DNA of 64,000 nucleotides from Cyanobacteriota bacterium (GTDB taxonomy: Bacteria; Cyanobacteriota; Cyanobacteriia; Thermostichales; Thermostichaceae), in NCBI GenBank assembly GCA_033764955.1, contig JANRIL010000005.1, positions 1 through 64,000 on the forward strand, read 5' to 3'. Of the stretch, positions 32,441 to 43,239 are shown in pieces. Numbering within the stretch: position 1 is the first letter of the stretch; every line of letters starts with the position of its first letter. The notes under the pieces were generated by a model that was not told where the DNA came from, did not search any database, and saw only the letters and a list, made by a program, of their open reading frames with translations. The position numbers and the translations under genes were made by a program.

Positions 32441-33125
32441 AACCATTCTGGTGGCAGGTGCGAGTCGTGGCATTGGACTTGCGGTTGCAGACCATTTGAT
32501 AGGCCAGTGCGATCGCCTATTAGCGGTATCTCGAACCGTGGCTCCGGTAGGGGAATGGGTACAGGCCGATTTGTCTAACCTGACAGGGATAGAAACGGTA
32601 GTCAACGCGATCGGGGCGGATGCCTTAGATGCGTTGCTATATATGGGTGGAACCTGGGAAACCCACGCCTTTACCCCTCAGTATCGTTTTGAAACCTGTT
32701 CTGATGAGGACATAATGCGCGTGATTGCTGTCAACCTGGTTGCTCCTATTCGATTGGTGAAAGCATTACTACCGGCCCTACGACGGTCAGATAATCCCAA
32801 AATCATTTTTATGGGGGCGCTTTCTGGTCGAGATAATTTTCCAGCACGGGAAGTTGCCAATAGTGCCTCGAAGTTTGGACTGCGGGGAGTAGTGCATTCC
32901 TTACGGGAAGAATTGCGATCGCAGCAGATTGGTGTAACGGTGATTAACCCTGGTAATGTTGGCACACCCGAAGTTTTGTCAGACCTCGCAGCCGCCCATC
33001 TGACGGGCGGTGAAGCTATTCCTCTCAGCGATCTTCTTTCCATCGTTGATTGTGTTCTCTCTTTGTCACGGGCTACTTGTATTAAAGAGATTGATTTACC
33101 TGCAATGCTCGGTGAGGGAGCTTAA
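32430..33125 (+). CDS. SDR family oxidoreductase
   Basis: GASRGIG; NSASK (catalytic Tyr replaced by Asn); INPG. Confidence 0.85.
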   Translation: MSFKTILVAGASRGIGLAVADHLIGQCDRLLAVSRTVAPVGEWVQADLSNLTGIETVVNAIGADALDALLYMGGTWETHAFTPQYRFETCSDEDIMRVIAVNLVAPIRLVKALLPALRRSDNPKIIFMGALSGRDNFPAREVANSASKFGLRGVVHSLREELRSQQIGVTVINPGNVGTPEVLSDLAAAHLTGGEAIPLSDLLSIVDCVLSLSRATCIKEIDLPAMLGEGA

Positions 33126-33180
33126 TAGAGCTTAAATTTATGACACTGGCGATCATTGAATGAGTTGCTAGCTGCCAGCC

Positions 33181-33266
33181 ACCTAACACTGGGTTGGTAC
33201 GGACGGTAGAAAGGCTATCTGTGGGAGTTCAAGGTTATCTGCTGCTACACAACTTCGACCTTCTGC
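33181..33266 (+). other. attC site, degenerate R'
   Basis: ACCTAAC...GGACGGTAGAAAG...AAGGTTATCTGCTGC...CTTCTGC; clearly homologous to attC 57855-57941. Confidence 0.7.
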
Positions 33267-33680
33267 TACGACATCTACTTGCTCAAGAACCTTAAAGACG
33301 GCTTAGCAGTAAGTAGTGAGATCCGTAACGGGTAATTCACGAAAAGGCTGTAAATAACGGATCCTTTCCGAATCCATTCCTCTCCATGGGCAGTCTTGCC
33401 CCCAAAGCTCTGTACAACTGCGATCCTCTTGCCCGCTTTGAGCACTTGATGGAATGGAGATGCGTCTGCCCTTTCCCAACTATCGAAGAGCATGATTAGG
33501 GCTGACACTGGAGCCAACCGGAGGGGTTGATCGTCGTCCTCACCTTCGAGCGCTGGGGATCAAGGATGGCAACTCAGAATGGCTGAAGCATTGGCTGTAG
33601 GGTCAGCTAACTCTGTGGTCTTGCGTGATCCTGAGGAAGAGGGAGTGAGCTATTTCTAGAGAGCAGATTGGCTAATTGAA

Positions 33681-34469
33681 ATGGTTATGGGTGCTGGGCA
33701 GTCCTGGGATATGTGGGGAGTTTATTCGGTGTGGCGACGCCATGCGAAAGTTTATCAAAAAACCTGGCTGGTCAACTTTTTGCCGCCCGTCACCGAGCCG
33801 CTTGTCTACTTGTTGGCCTTTGGCTATGGTCTGACCCCGATGGTGGGATCCCTCACCTATTTGGGACAAGAGGTTTCCTATCTCTCCTTCATGGCTCCCG
33901 GCATGATTGCGGTGGCGGTTTTGTTTCAAGCTTTTTTTGAAGGAGCCTACGGCAGTTTTATCCGCCTGCATTATCAACGCACCTGGCACGCTTTATTGAC
34001 GGCTCCCATGGGTTATGCTCAGGTGTTTGTGGGGGATTGGCTGTGGGCAACCACACGAGGTCTGATTTCAGGGCTGATCACAGCCATGGTGACGGTGCTG
34101 CTGGGTCTCTATCCCTGGACAGGACTTTTGGGATCCCTGCCCTTCTTGTTGCTGGGCAGTTTATTGTTTGCGGCGATGGGTCTGCTCACCACAGGATTAG
34201 TGGAAACCATCGATCAGGTGAATGTGCCGATTTTTACGTTGGTAGTGCCGATGTTTGTCTTGTGTGGCACTTATTTTCCCCGCGATAACCTGCCCCTTTG
34301 GTTAAAAGGACTCACCGCCTGCCTGCCTCTATCTGGACTGGTGGATTGTTTGCGCTGGCCGCTGGGATTGGATGCCACCTGGCCGCTGCAATTATTCTGG
34401 CTGATTGGTTTAATGGCACTGTTGACGGGGTTGAGTTATCGACAAATTTTTCGCAAATTATTTCGCTAA
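33681..34469 (+). CDS. ABC-2 type permease (NodJ-like)
   Basis: EPLVYLLAFGYGL, YLSFMAPG, PMFVLCGTYFP. Confidence 0.88.
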   Translation: MVMGAGQSWDMWGVYSVWRRHAKVYQKTWLVNFLPPVTEPLVYLLAFGYGLTPMVGSLTYLGQEVSYLSFMAPGMIAVAVLFQAFFEGAYGSFIRLHYQRTWHALLTAPMGYAQVFVGDWLWATTRGLISGLITAMVTVLLGLYPWTGLLGSLPFLLLGSLLFAAMGLLTTGLVETIDQVNVPIFTLVVPMFVLCGTYFPRDNLPLWLKGLTACLPLSGLVDCLRWPLGLDATWPLQLFWLIGLMALLTGLSYRQIFRKLFR

Positions 34470-34482
34470 GGTTGCCGCACCA

Positions 34483-34653
34483 TTAGGAACCAAATTTCTG
34501 TTTGGCCTGTTCATAAACCGCTTCGGTAATTTCTTCAAACCCTGCTTCTTGGGCAAACTTTTCAATCTTTTTGCGAGCGGCAGGCCGCACAAAAAACGGA
34601 ATCTCTTTCAAACGAGCTTCGGCTTCAGGAGTCCAGGAGGGGAGAGGGTTCAT
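34483..34653 (-). CDS. PCP reductase C-terminal-domain small protein
   Basis: WTPEAEARLKEIPFFVRPAARKKIE. Confidence 0.85.
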   Translation of the reverse strand: MNPLPSWTPEAEARLKEIPFFVRPAARKKIEKFAQEAGFEEITEAVYEQAKQKFGS

Positions 34654-34789
34654 AGGAGATGACCAAAGGGATCCCATCGAGTCAGAACAAATTAAGCTTT
34701 TGTTTGGGTTTGATTCTAACGAATTTTCTCCGGTTTGCTGTGGATTGGCGGCAGATCATTGGGGATGCCCCCAACCGGGGTCTCCTGGC

Positions 34790-36802
34790 TTAGTCGGGGG
34801 TGTTGCTATCGCCAGGCACTTCCCGAAACTCTAAAACATCCGCCCGTGCATCGGCGTGATCCACTTCTAGATTGATCCATTCTCCTGGCTGCACATGTCG
34901 ATGAAACCGAACGGGCACGCGAAAGGCCACTTCATCAATCATCACTAAAGCTAAGTTTTCGTATTCTCGCAAGTGTCCCAAAATGAGTGCCCGCCAGATA
35001 TGGGGAGGATGTTGGCGAAAATACTCAATGCTCCAATACCGCTTGGATTTGCGCTCCACCTGCACAGCTTCACTGCTGCTGGGTTCAAGAGCCAGAATCA
35101 ACTGCTGCACCTGTTCAGCCGAAAAGGGCAAGGGATCCCCGGCCAAAAACGCCTTGATCTGAAAGTGAGCGATCAAGTCGGCATAGCGGCGAATCGGGGA
35201 GGTGACTTGTGAGTAGGCACTCAACCCCAATCCGGCATGGGGAGCGGCGGCGATACCCATTTCGGCCTTAGACATGCAGCGCATCAGGGCAAAGGAATAA
35301 ACAGGTCCAGGGGGCAGTTGCGCCAGTTCTTCAGGGGGAGGCAAATCGGGGGGGGCTTGATGGCGATAGGGCAGCGGGATCCCCTGTTGTCCAGCAAACT
35401 GAGCGGCGGCTTCTCCCGTCAAAATCATCATTTCCGCCACCATCTGACGTGCCGGGGTATCTTCGATCACCCGCATCTGGGGGATCCCGTCCACTATTTT
35501 GATGTCTTGTTCCGGTAGGCCGATGGTAATAGATCCTTGGGCGGTGCGCCAGCGAAAGCGCAGGTGGGCGGCAGTGGCAAGAGCGGTCAATTCTTTCTCA
35601 GCCCCCAGTTCCAACATCTCATCGGCATCTTCATAGGTGAGGCGGTAGGTGACCTTCACCCAACTGGGCACAATCTGGCACTCCCCTAACCCCCCGTTCT
35701 CGTCCAAAACCACGCCAAAACTGAGGGCTTCCCGCACCTCCCCCTGCACCAAACTCATTGGCCCCGTCGAGAGGCGCTCAGGAAACATCGGGATCACCTG
35801 TTCCGGCAGATAAACGCTGGTTCCCCGTCGGCGTGCCTCCAGATCCAGAGGATCCCCCACCACCAGCCAACGGCTGGGATCCGCGATATGCACCCAAACT
35901 CGACAGCCCTGATCCGCCAACCATTCCACACTTAAGGCATCATCGATATCACGAGTGCTGGCATCGTCGATGGTATAGGTGTGCAGATGGGTCAAATCCC
36001 GCCGTTGGGTTCTGTCGACAGGTGGATCTGCTAGCAACTCGCTCACCCACTGCTCCAGTTGGGGGCTAAAGCGGGTGGGAATGCCCGTCATTTTTAGGGC
36101 GATGTTTTCATGCTTGCTCCAAATTTGCAGATCGACCAGAGTCGCAAAAGCAGCTTCGGGGGTAGCGGAACGTTGTAGAAAACTCAGGAGCTTGTGGGCT
36201 TGTTCCCGATCTGAGGATGCCTCGCCATGCAGGGCAAACCGTTCTAAGCACTCTAGCCGTTGCCGTTGTGCGGCAGTCCAAGCCAGCGCTTGCTGAGGAT
36301 GGGTCAAGGCTTGGCGCAGGCGCTGCTCAAATTCCGTCTGTTCCTGGGCTTTTTGTTGAGCCAACAGCAACTGGTGTTGAATTTCCCTCACCTGCTGCGG
36401 GGGACGAGGTTCAAAACTCTCCGCTTTTTGTTTGAAATAAACGCGATCATCCGCCAGCAGCCGGTAGGTGGCATAGATGGAAATGGTGGAGGTGTCGGAG
36501 AACAAAATCTGAGCAATATCGGCTAATTCCACCGTGCGATGGCTCTCCTGCAGCAGTTCCCAGGCAATGCCTAGGGCTTCCGGATCTAAGCGCTTTTCCA
36601 CTTCCTGCCAAAATTCTGCGAGATCTTGGGGGCGAAACATATCGCGGCTGGGCAAGCTGAAGGAAATCTGCCGCGGATGAACACTATGGGTTTGTCCCGA
36701 AGCCACCGTGAGCAGCAAATTTTTCTTGCCTTCCATGCCCTGCACAACGGCTAGCTGGCGTTCATTATGGTGACGAAACTCGACCAGTGTGCCTTTTTCC
36801 AC
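34790..36802 (-). CDS. rnb: Ribonuclease II/R family exoribonuclease
   Basis: TIDD..TRDIDDALS, HIAD, TSPIRRYADL; GTG start. Confidence 0.92.
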   Translation of the reverse strand: MEKGTLVEFRHHNERQLAVVQGMEGKKNLLLTVASGQTHSVHPRQISFSLPSRDMFRPQDLAEFWQEVEKRLDPEALGIAWELLQESHRTVELADIAQILFSDTSTISIYATYRLLADDRVYFKQKAESFEPRPPQQVREIQHQLLLAQQKAQEQTEFEQRLRQALTHPQQALAWTAAQRQRLECLERFALHGEASSDREQAHKLLSFLQRSATPEAAFATLVDLQIWSKHENIALKMTGIPTRFSPQLEQWVSELLADPPVDRTQRRDLTHLHTYTIDDASTRDIDDALSVEWLADQGCRVWVHIADPSRWLVVGDPLDLEARRRGTSVYLPEQVIPMFPERLSTGPMSLVQGEVREALSFGVVLDENGGLGECQIVPSWVKVTYRLTYEDADEMLELGAEKELTALATAAHLRFRWRTAQGSITIGLPEQDIKIVDGIPQMRVIEDTPARQMVAEMMILTGEAAAQFAGQQGIPLPYRHQAPPDLPPPEELAQLPPGPVYSFALMRCMSKAEMGIAAAPHAGLGLSAYSQVTSPIRRYADLIAHFQIKAFLAGDPLPFSAEQVQQLILALEPSSSEAVQVERKSKRYWSIEYFRQHPPHIWRALILGHLREYENLALVMIDEVAFRVPVRFHRHVQPGEWINLEVDHADARADVLEFREVPGDSNTPD

Positions 36803-37064
36803 CCGTGGCTCCTTATCCGGTAATGCTGCCTGTGGCCATGTTGGGGACAAGAAGCAGCCATTGGGATCCCTAAAAACCGTAGATCCAACCGTCATCTGAA
36901 GTCCATGGGTTTATTCTCCCTCACCAGGGAGCTAGGGACAATTGGGCTGAGGCGGAAAAGGGCTAGTTACTTATCGTCTTCCATTGTTGCCCAGAATACA
37001 TTTGACCTGTGAGATCTCTCCTAGTCTGGATGAGCCACGTGGATGGGTTCTTGAGGAGCTGCTT

Positions 37065-38171
37065 ATGAAAGGATTGCGAGGGGTGTTGGCGGTTGGGGTG
37101 GCAGGGGGGTTATCCTCTCTGTTGGTCAGTTGTGGAGAAAGCTCTAGTTCGGCTCCTCCCCTGGACGCCCCTCCCATCAGCCGCCTGTTGGTGGGTAATA
37201 CCCGTGGCAATAACGTGGTGCAGTTTGACCCTACGACGGGAGTTTACCTAGGGGAATGGATTGCGCCTGAAACGGCTGGCCTATTTTCTCCTGACACCCT
37301 CCTGCTAGGACCTGATGGCAACGGGGACAATATTGCAGATCTTTACATTGCCAGTGGTAACTTACCGGGCACCACAGCCACCCTAGGAGCTTCGGCAGTG
37401 TTGCGTTTTGATGGGGAGACAGGAGCCTTTATCGATACTTTTGTGGGGGATGATCCGACAACAGCAGTGGACGAGACAGGGGGATTGATCCGACCCTATG
37501 GCATGGCCTTTGGTCCGGATGGCTTGCTCTATGTCAGTAGCTTTTTGAGTGATGAAATTTTGCGCTATGACAGCCTGACAGGGCAGTTTATTGATGTGTT
37601 TGCGGTGGGAAATCAACAGCCTGGAGGTTTGAATGGCCCGAATGGACTGCTATTTGATAGTGAGGATAATTTATATGTCACCACCCAGGGCAGTGTGGCA
37701 GTGGATGGAGAAGCCGATTTTTCGCTGGGTCTGCCCAGTCAACTACTGAAATTTGATATTGTTACCGCAACTTCCGAGGTTTTGGCGAGTCCGGATCCTT
37801 CTCCAGAAAGTTTTGGGTTTGTTAGTCTATTGGGCTTGGCTTTTGGCCCGGATGGGCTACTGTATGTGAGTGATTTTGCCAATGATATTCGGGTTTATGA
37901 TTCCAACACCGGAGTGTTGATCGACACCTATTCCACCAATTACACAGGCACATCCCCTAGCAGCAATTTTATAGGAAGTCTGGCTTTTGGCAGTGAAGGC
38001 ACTCTGTTTGTGGTGGGTTTTGACAATGAGGATGACAACAACCCAATCGGTACTATCCTCCGCTATGACAGCGCAACTGGATCCCCTTTTCCCTCTCAGG
38101 GCAACGGCGGTGCCATTTTTGTGCCTGCCAATGCTGAGTTGGTGCGCCCGATTGGTGTTTTATTCTATTAG
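37065..38171 (+). CDS. Lipoprotein with beta-propeller (NHL-like) repeats
   Basis: Lipobox LVSC; repeated AFGPDG.LYVS and RYD..TG.FI. Confidence 0.8.
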   Translation: MKGLRGVLAVGVAGGLSSLLVSCGESSSSAPPLDAPPISRLLVGNTRGNNVVQFDPTTGVYLGEWIAPETAGLFSPDTLLLGPDGNGDNIADLYIASGNLPGTTATLGASAVLRFDGETGAFIDTFVGDDPTTAVDETGGLIRPYGMAFGPDGLLYVSSFLSDEILRYDSLTGQFIDVFAVGNQQPGGLNGPNGLLFDSEDNLYVTTQGSVAVDGEADFSLGLPSQLLKFDIVTATSEVLASPDPSPESFGFVSLLGLAFGPDGLLYVSDFANDIRVYDSNTGVLIDTYSTNYTGTSPSSNFIGSLAFGSEGTLFVVGFDNEDDNNPIGTILRYDSATGSPFPSQGNGGAIFVPANAELVRPIGVLFY

Positions 38172-38779
38172 CCTGAATAGCTAGCCCCAAGCTTAGATAA
38201 GGATTGACCTCGAAAAGGTTGATTAAGCTATCAAAAAGACTCAAATACTCAGCTCTCCAGCTATGCTGGGTGAGCACGGCTATTCCCCAGTTTTATAGAA
38301 TAATTTCTCTGAGAAAGCGAATGGATAAGTATGGGGTCAACTCTTCAGAGGGAAAATAAAATCCTCTAATCAAAGTAGGCAATAAAAAATATCAGATACT
38401 TTACTTTTGATTAGGATTATTCTCGTTCAGCAATCTAGCAATCACAAAAAAACAAGAAAATTTTTGTATCTTCTTTATTTTAAGTAAAATACCCAAAGCA
38501 CTCCTCCCATAGCTCATTTAACCTTTTCGTTTTTATCTGGTCTGGGTTACTTTAACAAAACGAATTTAGGATATTTAAGCTAGGACGCACTTATTTTTTG
38601 AAAGAATATACTGCCTTGAATTTATTAGATGATTAGTTGTCTTCTATTTTACTGTCAACCAACACAGCTAGGTTTCTCTCCCATCACGATCGACTGAGGA
38701 TCTGGGAAGGTCAGGCGGAAATGAAGTTTGTATGATCGTGCCAGCAAGGGTGTTGCTCACGTCCTTTTTGGGATCCCGT

Positions 38780-39601
38780 ATGGCTGTTCTGCCCCATCAC
38801 TTGATTGATAAATCGCAGCCCATCATTGAGTTGCAAAACGTCTCGAAGCGGTTTGGCTCGACGGTGGTGCTCGATCAGGTCAACATCCAGGTTTATCAGG
38901 GAGAAGCTTTGGGCATTGTCGGGCCTTCCGGTACTGGCAAATCCACGCTGCTGCGGATGATCGCGGGGTTAACCGAGCCAGATACCGGCAGGATCCTCTG
39001 GCAAGGGATCCCGCTGACGGATATCCTCAATCACCAAAAAGCCAGTCCCCTACGGATCGGCATGGTGTTTCAACAGGCGGCTCTTTTTGATTCTCTGACG
39101 GTGGATGAAAATGTTGGTTTTTTGCTCTATCAGCACTCCCGCTTACCTCGTCCCCGCATTCGAGAATTGGTATCCCACAAGTTAGAGGCGGTGGGCTTGG
39201 CAGGCATTCAAGACCGCTTGCCGGAACAGCTATCGGGGGGGATGCGGAAGCGGGTCAGCTTTGCCCGCGCCATCATGGAGGATCCCTCTAGCCCGCAAAC
39301 GGATCCGCAGGTATTGCTCTACGATGAACCTACCGCCGGACTGGATCCGATTGCCTCCACGGTCATCGAAGATCTGATCCGCGAGCTACAGCAAATCAAG
39401 CGAGTCTGCAACAGCTACGTGGTGGTCACCCATCAAGACACCACCATTCGCCGCACCACCGATCGGGTGATTCTGTTAGCTCACGGGAAAGTGCAGTGGG
39501 AGGGAGAGGTTGCGGCAGTAGATCAAGAGACTAATCCCTATGTCCGACAGTTTTTTAGCGGCAGTGTGGATGGCCCAATTCAGATGGCGGGACAGATATG
39601 A
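38780..39601 (+). CDS. mlaF: ABC ATPase, MlaF/TGD3-like
   Basis: GPSGTGKS, LSGGMRKRV, YDEPTAGLDP; adjacent to MlaD. Confidence 0.85.
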   Translation: MAVLPHHLIDKSQPIIELQNVSKRFGSTVVLDQVNIQVYQGEALGIVGPSGTGKSTLLRMIAGLTEPDTGRILWQGIPLTDILNHQKASPLRIGMVFQQAALFDSLTVDENVGFLLYQHSRLPRPRIRELVSHKLEAVGLAGIQDRLPEQLSGGMRKRVSFARAIMEDPSSPQTDPQVLLYDEPTAGLDPIASTVIEDLIRELQQIKRVCNSYVVVTHQDTTIRRTTDRVILLAHGKVQWEGEVAAVDQETNPYVRQFFSGSVDGPIQMAGQI

Positions 39602-40773
39602 TGCGTTCACGAGCAGTGCGAGAAGGAGCCGTGGGGCTGTTGATTTTAGGAGGAGCAGTCACCTTTGCGGGACTGTTTATCTGGATTTATAACCTACGCC
39701 TACAAACGGCTGGCTATCGCTTTACCTTGACCTATGAGAATGTATCGGGTCTTGCCGAGGGTGCTGCCGTGCGGCTGCGGGGGGTGAGCATCGGACGGGT
39801 AGAACGAGTGGATCCCCGTCTGGAGGCGGTCTATGTCGATATTTTTGTGGATAACTTGCAGCCGATTCCCCGTAATGCCGATTTTTACACCAGTCAAACG
39901 GGGTTGGTAGGACAGACGGTGATTGATATTTTTCCCAAAGCCTCCGCCACACTGCCAGTGGGTGCGAAGATGGATCCGACCACAGCCAACTGTGACCCGC
40001 AGGTGATGGTCTGTGCTGGCTCCACCTTAGCGGGCATTGCCGGCGTCGACTATGCCCAATTGATTACTCAGTTAGATCAACTGGCGGATCGGATCAACAA
40101 CGATGAGTTTTTTGAGAATCTCAACAAAACCCTGACTGGGGTAACGGAGGTGAGCCAGAGTGTGGCGAAGCTGTCCACAACGGTGGACGAAAAAATCGCC
40201 GCCCTCCCCCTCGAAGATCTCGATCTGGCGCAATTCACCGCAGCAGCTCAATCGATCCAAACTACCGCTGCTGATCTGTCTGGAGTCATCCGCGACAACC
40301 AAGCCATCCTGACAACTTCCCTGACGAATGTAGCGGCAGTCAGTGAAAGCCTGAAGAGAATTTCTAGCGGCTTGGAACCTGTGCTGACGGATCCCGAATT
40401 GCCCGCCACCCTCAAGCAAACCCTAGCTGAAGCCAAACTGGCGGCGGAAAATGCGGCGCGCGCCACAGCCAATTTGGAGGAACTTTCGGCTAGCCTCAAT
40501 GATCCGGGCACCCTGGCAACCCTCCGGCAAACCCTCGACTCCGCCCGCATTACCTTTGAAAATGCTCAAAAAATTACTGCCGATCTGGATGAACTGACCG
40601 GGGATCCCCAATTTCGGGAGAGCTTGCGGAATTTGGTGAAGGGATTGAGCGGGTTGGTTTCCCTTGACTCCCCCTCCACGGCTCCCACGGCTTTGCAATC
40701 CCCGTCGGTGGATCTCAACGCCGCTTCTCAACCGGTAGGATTTGTGTTGGCTCCTGGAGCCTTAGACCGTTAG
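39598..40773 (+). CDS. mlaD: MlaD/MCE family protein (Ycf22-like)
   Basis: REGAVGL TM segment, GL..GA.V..RGV.IG MCE motif, coiled coil. Confidence 0.88.
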   Translation: MMRSRAVREGAVGLLILGGAVTFAGLFIWIYNLRLQTAGYRFTLTYENVSGLAEGAAVRLRGVSIGRVERVDPRLEAVYVDIFVDNLQPIPRNADFYTSQTGLVGQTVIDIFPKASATLPVGAKMDPTTANCDPQVMVCAGSTLAGIAGVDYAQLITQLDQLADRINNDEFFENLNKTLTGVTEVSQSVAKLSTTVDEKIAALPLEDLDLAQFTAAAQSIQTTAADLSGVIRDNQAILTTSLTNVAAVSESLKRISSGLEPVLTDPELPATLKQTLAEAKLAAENAARATANLEELSASLNDPGTLATLRQTLDSARITFENAQKITADLDELTGDPQFRESLRNLVKGLSGLVSLDSPSTAPTALQSPSVDLNAASQPVGFVLAPGALDR

Positions 40774-40972
40774 CCATAATTCGTTACAAAATCAGCCAGT
40801 CCCAAGAGCGGATGGGGTTTGCTCAGAAAGACAGCAAAAGTGAGATCCCCCTTCCCACAAGGGTTTTTATCTAGACAGCCAAAAACCCCATTTGGGGGAA
40901 TCGTTCGGGAACAAAGACACTTCGAGATGTGTCTTAAGATTTTGTAAACATTGCAACTTACATAGGTTTACA

Positions 40973-41515
40973 ATGACTCGTCAATTGTTAGCTTTGTCTC
41001 TGACCCTCCTCTCTGCCTTAGCAGTTTCCCCCGTGTTAGCCCAGACCGCCACGACCCAGCCTGCCCCTGCTCAAGCGGGAGATGCCATGGCGAAGCCTGG
41101 GGATATCGTGACCGTGGCTAGCGAAGCGGGATCCTTCAAAACATTAGCAGCGGCTCTGGAAGCGGCTGATCTGGTGGAAACCCTGAAAGGAGAAGGCCCC
41201 TTCACTGTTTTTGCCCCTACCGATGAAGCCTTTGCCGCTTTGCCCGAAGGCACCTTGGAGGAGTTGCTCAAGCCGGAAAACAAAGAAAAACTGGTGGAAA
41301 TTCTGACCTATCATGTGGTGGCAGGGGAAGCCCTCTCTACCTCCCTCAAGGATGGTGAAGTAGAAACCGTCGAGGGTGCGGCTGTGGAAGTGAAAATCAA
41401 CGCGGAAGCCAAAGAAGTGATGGTGAACGATGCCAAAGTGGTGCAAGCGGATGTGAAAGCTTCCAATGGCGTCATTCATGTCATCGATAAGGTGATTCTG
41501 CCCCCTGAGTCCTAA
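40973..41515 (+). CDS. Fasciclin (FAS1) domain protein
   Basis: [29 protein letters not shown]. Confidence 0.95.
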   Translation: MTRQLLALSLTLLSALAVSPVLAQTATTQPAPAQAGDAMAKPGDIVTVASEAGSFKTLAAALEAADLVETLKGEGPFTVFAPTDEAFAALPEGTLEELLKPENKEKLVEILTYHVVAGEALSTSLKDGEVETVEGAAVEVKINAEAKEVMVNDAKVVQADVKASNGVIHVIDKVILPPES

Positions 41516-41591
41516 TATCCACTGTTAGCTCAGTCACCCAAGATCCCTTAATCCTGGGGATCCCAACCCATTCCTTCTAATCGTTGATGCC

Positions 41592-41615
41592 AGCCCTGTT
41601 CGCATGAGCAGGGCT
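41592..41615. terminator. Hairpin between convergent genes
   Basis: AGCCCTGTTC-GCAT-GAGCAGGGCT. Confidence 0.55.
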
Positions 41616-41657
41616 ATTTGATGGGGATCTGTAGGCAATACCCGATGAAAGCCCTGA

Positions 41658-42818
41658 CTAAAAATAGCGTCGCGGATTCACCGGTTGCCCCTTGACCCGT
41701 ACCTCAAAATGCACATGTGGTCCTGTGGATAGCCCGGTCGAACCGGAGGCCGCAATCGCCTGTCCCCGTTGCACGACCTGCCCCTTACCAACCACCAGCC
41801 GACTGTTGTGGGCATAGAGCGTGGTCAGCCCACCGCCGTGGTTGAGAATGACGGTGTTGCCATAGCCTCCATACCAGCCAGCATAAATAACGGTGCCACG
41901 ATCGGCGGCTCGCACAGTAGTGCCCGTAGCGACGCCAAAATCAATGCCGGCATGAAAACGCTGCGTGCGATAAACCGGATGAACCCGCCAACCAAAATTG
42001 CTGGTGACCGGTCCCCCGACGGGAGCCTGCAAGCGACCCGTTCCTTGCACGGGATCCCCCTTGGCGGTTTGCTGTGCAATCAACTGCTGAATCAACCCAC
42101 TCAGTTGGCGAGAATCCGCCTCCAGCCGTCCTTGAGCCGCTTCAAAGGCGGAGCGCTCAGTGGATAAGCGCCCGATCAATTGCTGCTGTTGAGCCGCCTG
42201 ATCTTCCAGTTGATCTTTTTGCTGAGCCAACTCCTGCAAGATCAGGGCAATCTCATTTTTTTGGCTTTCCAGGGCGATGCGTTGTTGCTGAACGGCTTGA
42301 GACGTGGTTTGCAATTGGCTAATCAGTTGCCGATCCGATTCGATCAACAATTGCAGTTGATGCCGTCGATCAAAAAATTGGTTGAGATCCTTGCTATTCA
42401 ACAGCAACGCCCACCAGTGTTCCGAGCCTTGTCGTTGCAGATAACGCAGTCGTGCCGCCGTCCCCGCCTGCTGCCGTTTTAGCTTGACCTCCAGAATATC
42501 CAGTTCCTTCTGGGCTTTTTCCAGGGCTTTCTGAGCCTGTTGCAGACGAAATTGTTGATCCTGGAGCTGCGTGTTGGTAACGCGGATATTATTTTGCAGG
42601 GATCCCATGCGCTGACGAGCCGCGTTTTCCTGCTGGCGCACCTGATCGAGACGGGTGGAGTTATCCTGGATTTGCCGTTGGATTTGCTGCTGTTGCTGCT
42701 TTAGGGTATCGACACTCTGAGCCTGGAGCGGCGGAGAAATCGCTAAAAACCAGGCTACCAGGACTCCCAAAAGCCACAGCCCTATCCTTCGGGTTCTCCA
42801 CAGCATGAACTTCCCCAC
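41658..42818 (-). CDS. M23 peptidase with coiled coil (EnvC-like)
   Basis: HAGIDF, GYGN, YAH, STGPHVHFEVR. Confidence 0.92.
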   Translation of the reverse strand: MGKFMLWRTRRIGLWLLGVLVAWFLAISPPLQAQSVDTLKQQQQQIQRQIQDNSTRLDQVRQQENAARQRMGSLQNNIRVTNTQLQDQQFRLQQAQKALEKAQKELDILEVKLKRQQAGTAARLRYLQRQGSEHWWALLLNSKDLNQFFDRRHQLQLLIESDRQLISQLQTTSQAVQQQRIALESQKNEIALILQELAQQKDQLEDQAAQQQQLIGRLSTERSAFEAAQGRLEADSRQLSGLIQQLIAQQTAKGDPVQGTGRLQAPVGGPVTSNFGWRVHPVYRTQRFHAGIDFGVATGTTVRAADRGTVIYAGWYGGYGNTVILNHGGGLTTLYAHNSRLVVGKGQVVQRGQAIAASGSTGLSTGPHVHFEVRVKGQPVNPRRYF

Positions 42819-43239
42819 TCACACCTTAGCTGGCGCTCATCCTACCACGCGATTTTAAGACTGGTGGCGGGGAGAGGCTTACGGGCAAGCAAAATTCCGA
42901 AAAAAGTAGGGTGACGATTGTGACCGAGAATTGCAAAATAGAAGGAAATCGTCCGTACCATAAGCAAAAGCATAGGTATAGATTAAGATGACTGGCTCCG
43001 GAGCTAAGGAGGATTTTTCAGGCAAAACTACGCCATTTGTACGATTTAACTCCCACCGCTTCAGGGTTACGATAGGTACTTAAGATAGGGGTTAACAACT
43101 TTTCCCCTGCTGGCAAGGTATCCGCCTAGTCACCCAATGATGGGCTAAGGGTCAGGCCACGTTCCTCAACCTTCTCCCATGGATCAACCTACTGTCATTC
43201 GGGTAAATTTCGGGTAGTGGTAGCTTTTCGGACTGAGTC

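Larger units (their letters stand above)
30907..33266 (+). mobile_element. Detached integron gene cassette (TetR / GNAT / SDR)
   Basis: Begins GTTAGGC (30907), ends with attC 33181-33266 whose R'' ACCTAAC is complementary to it; five GCGATCGC and no GGGATCCC seen inside. Confidence 0.7.

Noticed and set aside
33275..33670. Possible ABC ATPase remnant or further cassette upstream of the NodJ-like permease
   Set aside because: No recognisable motifs or attC; the 80-aa ORF is unsupported
38180..38700. AT-rich 500-bp intergenic region as a foreign insert
   Set aside because: No ORF, repeat or element ends could be identified
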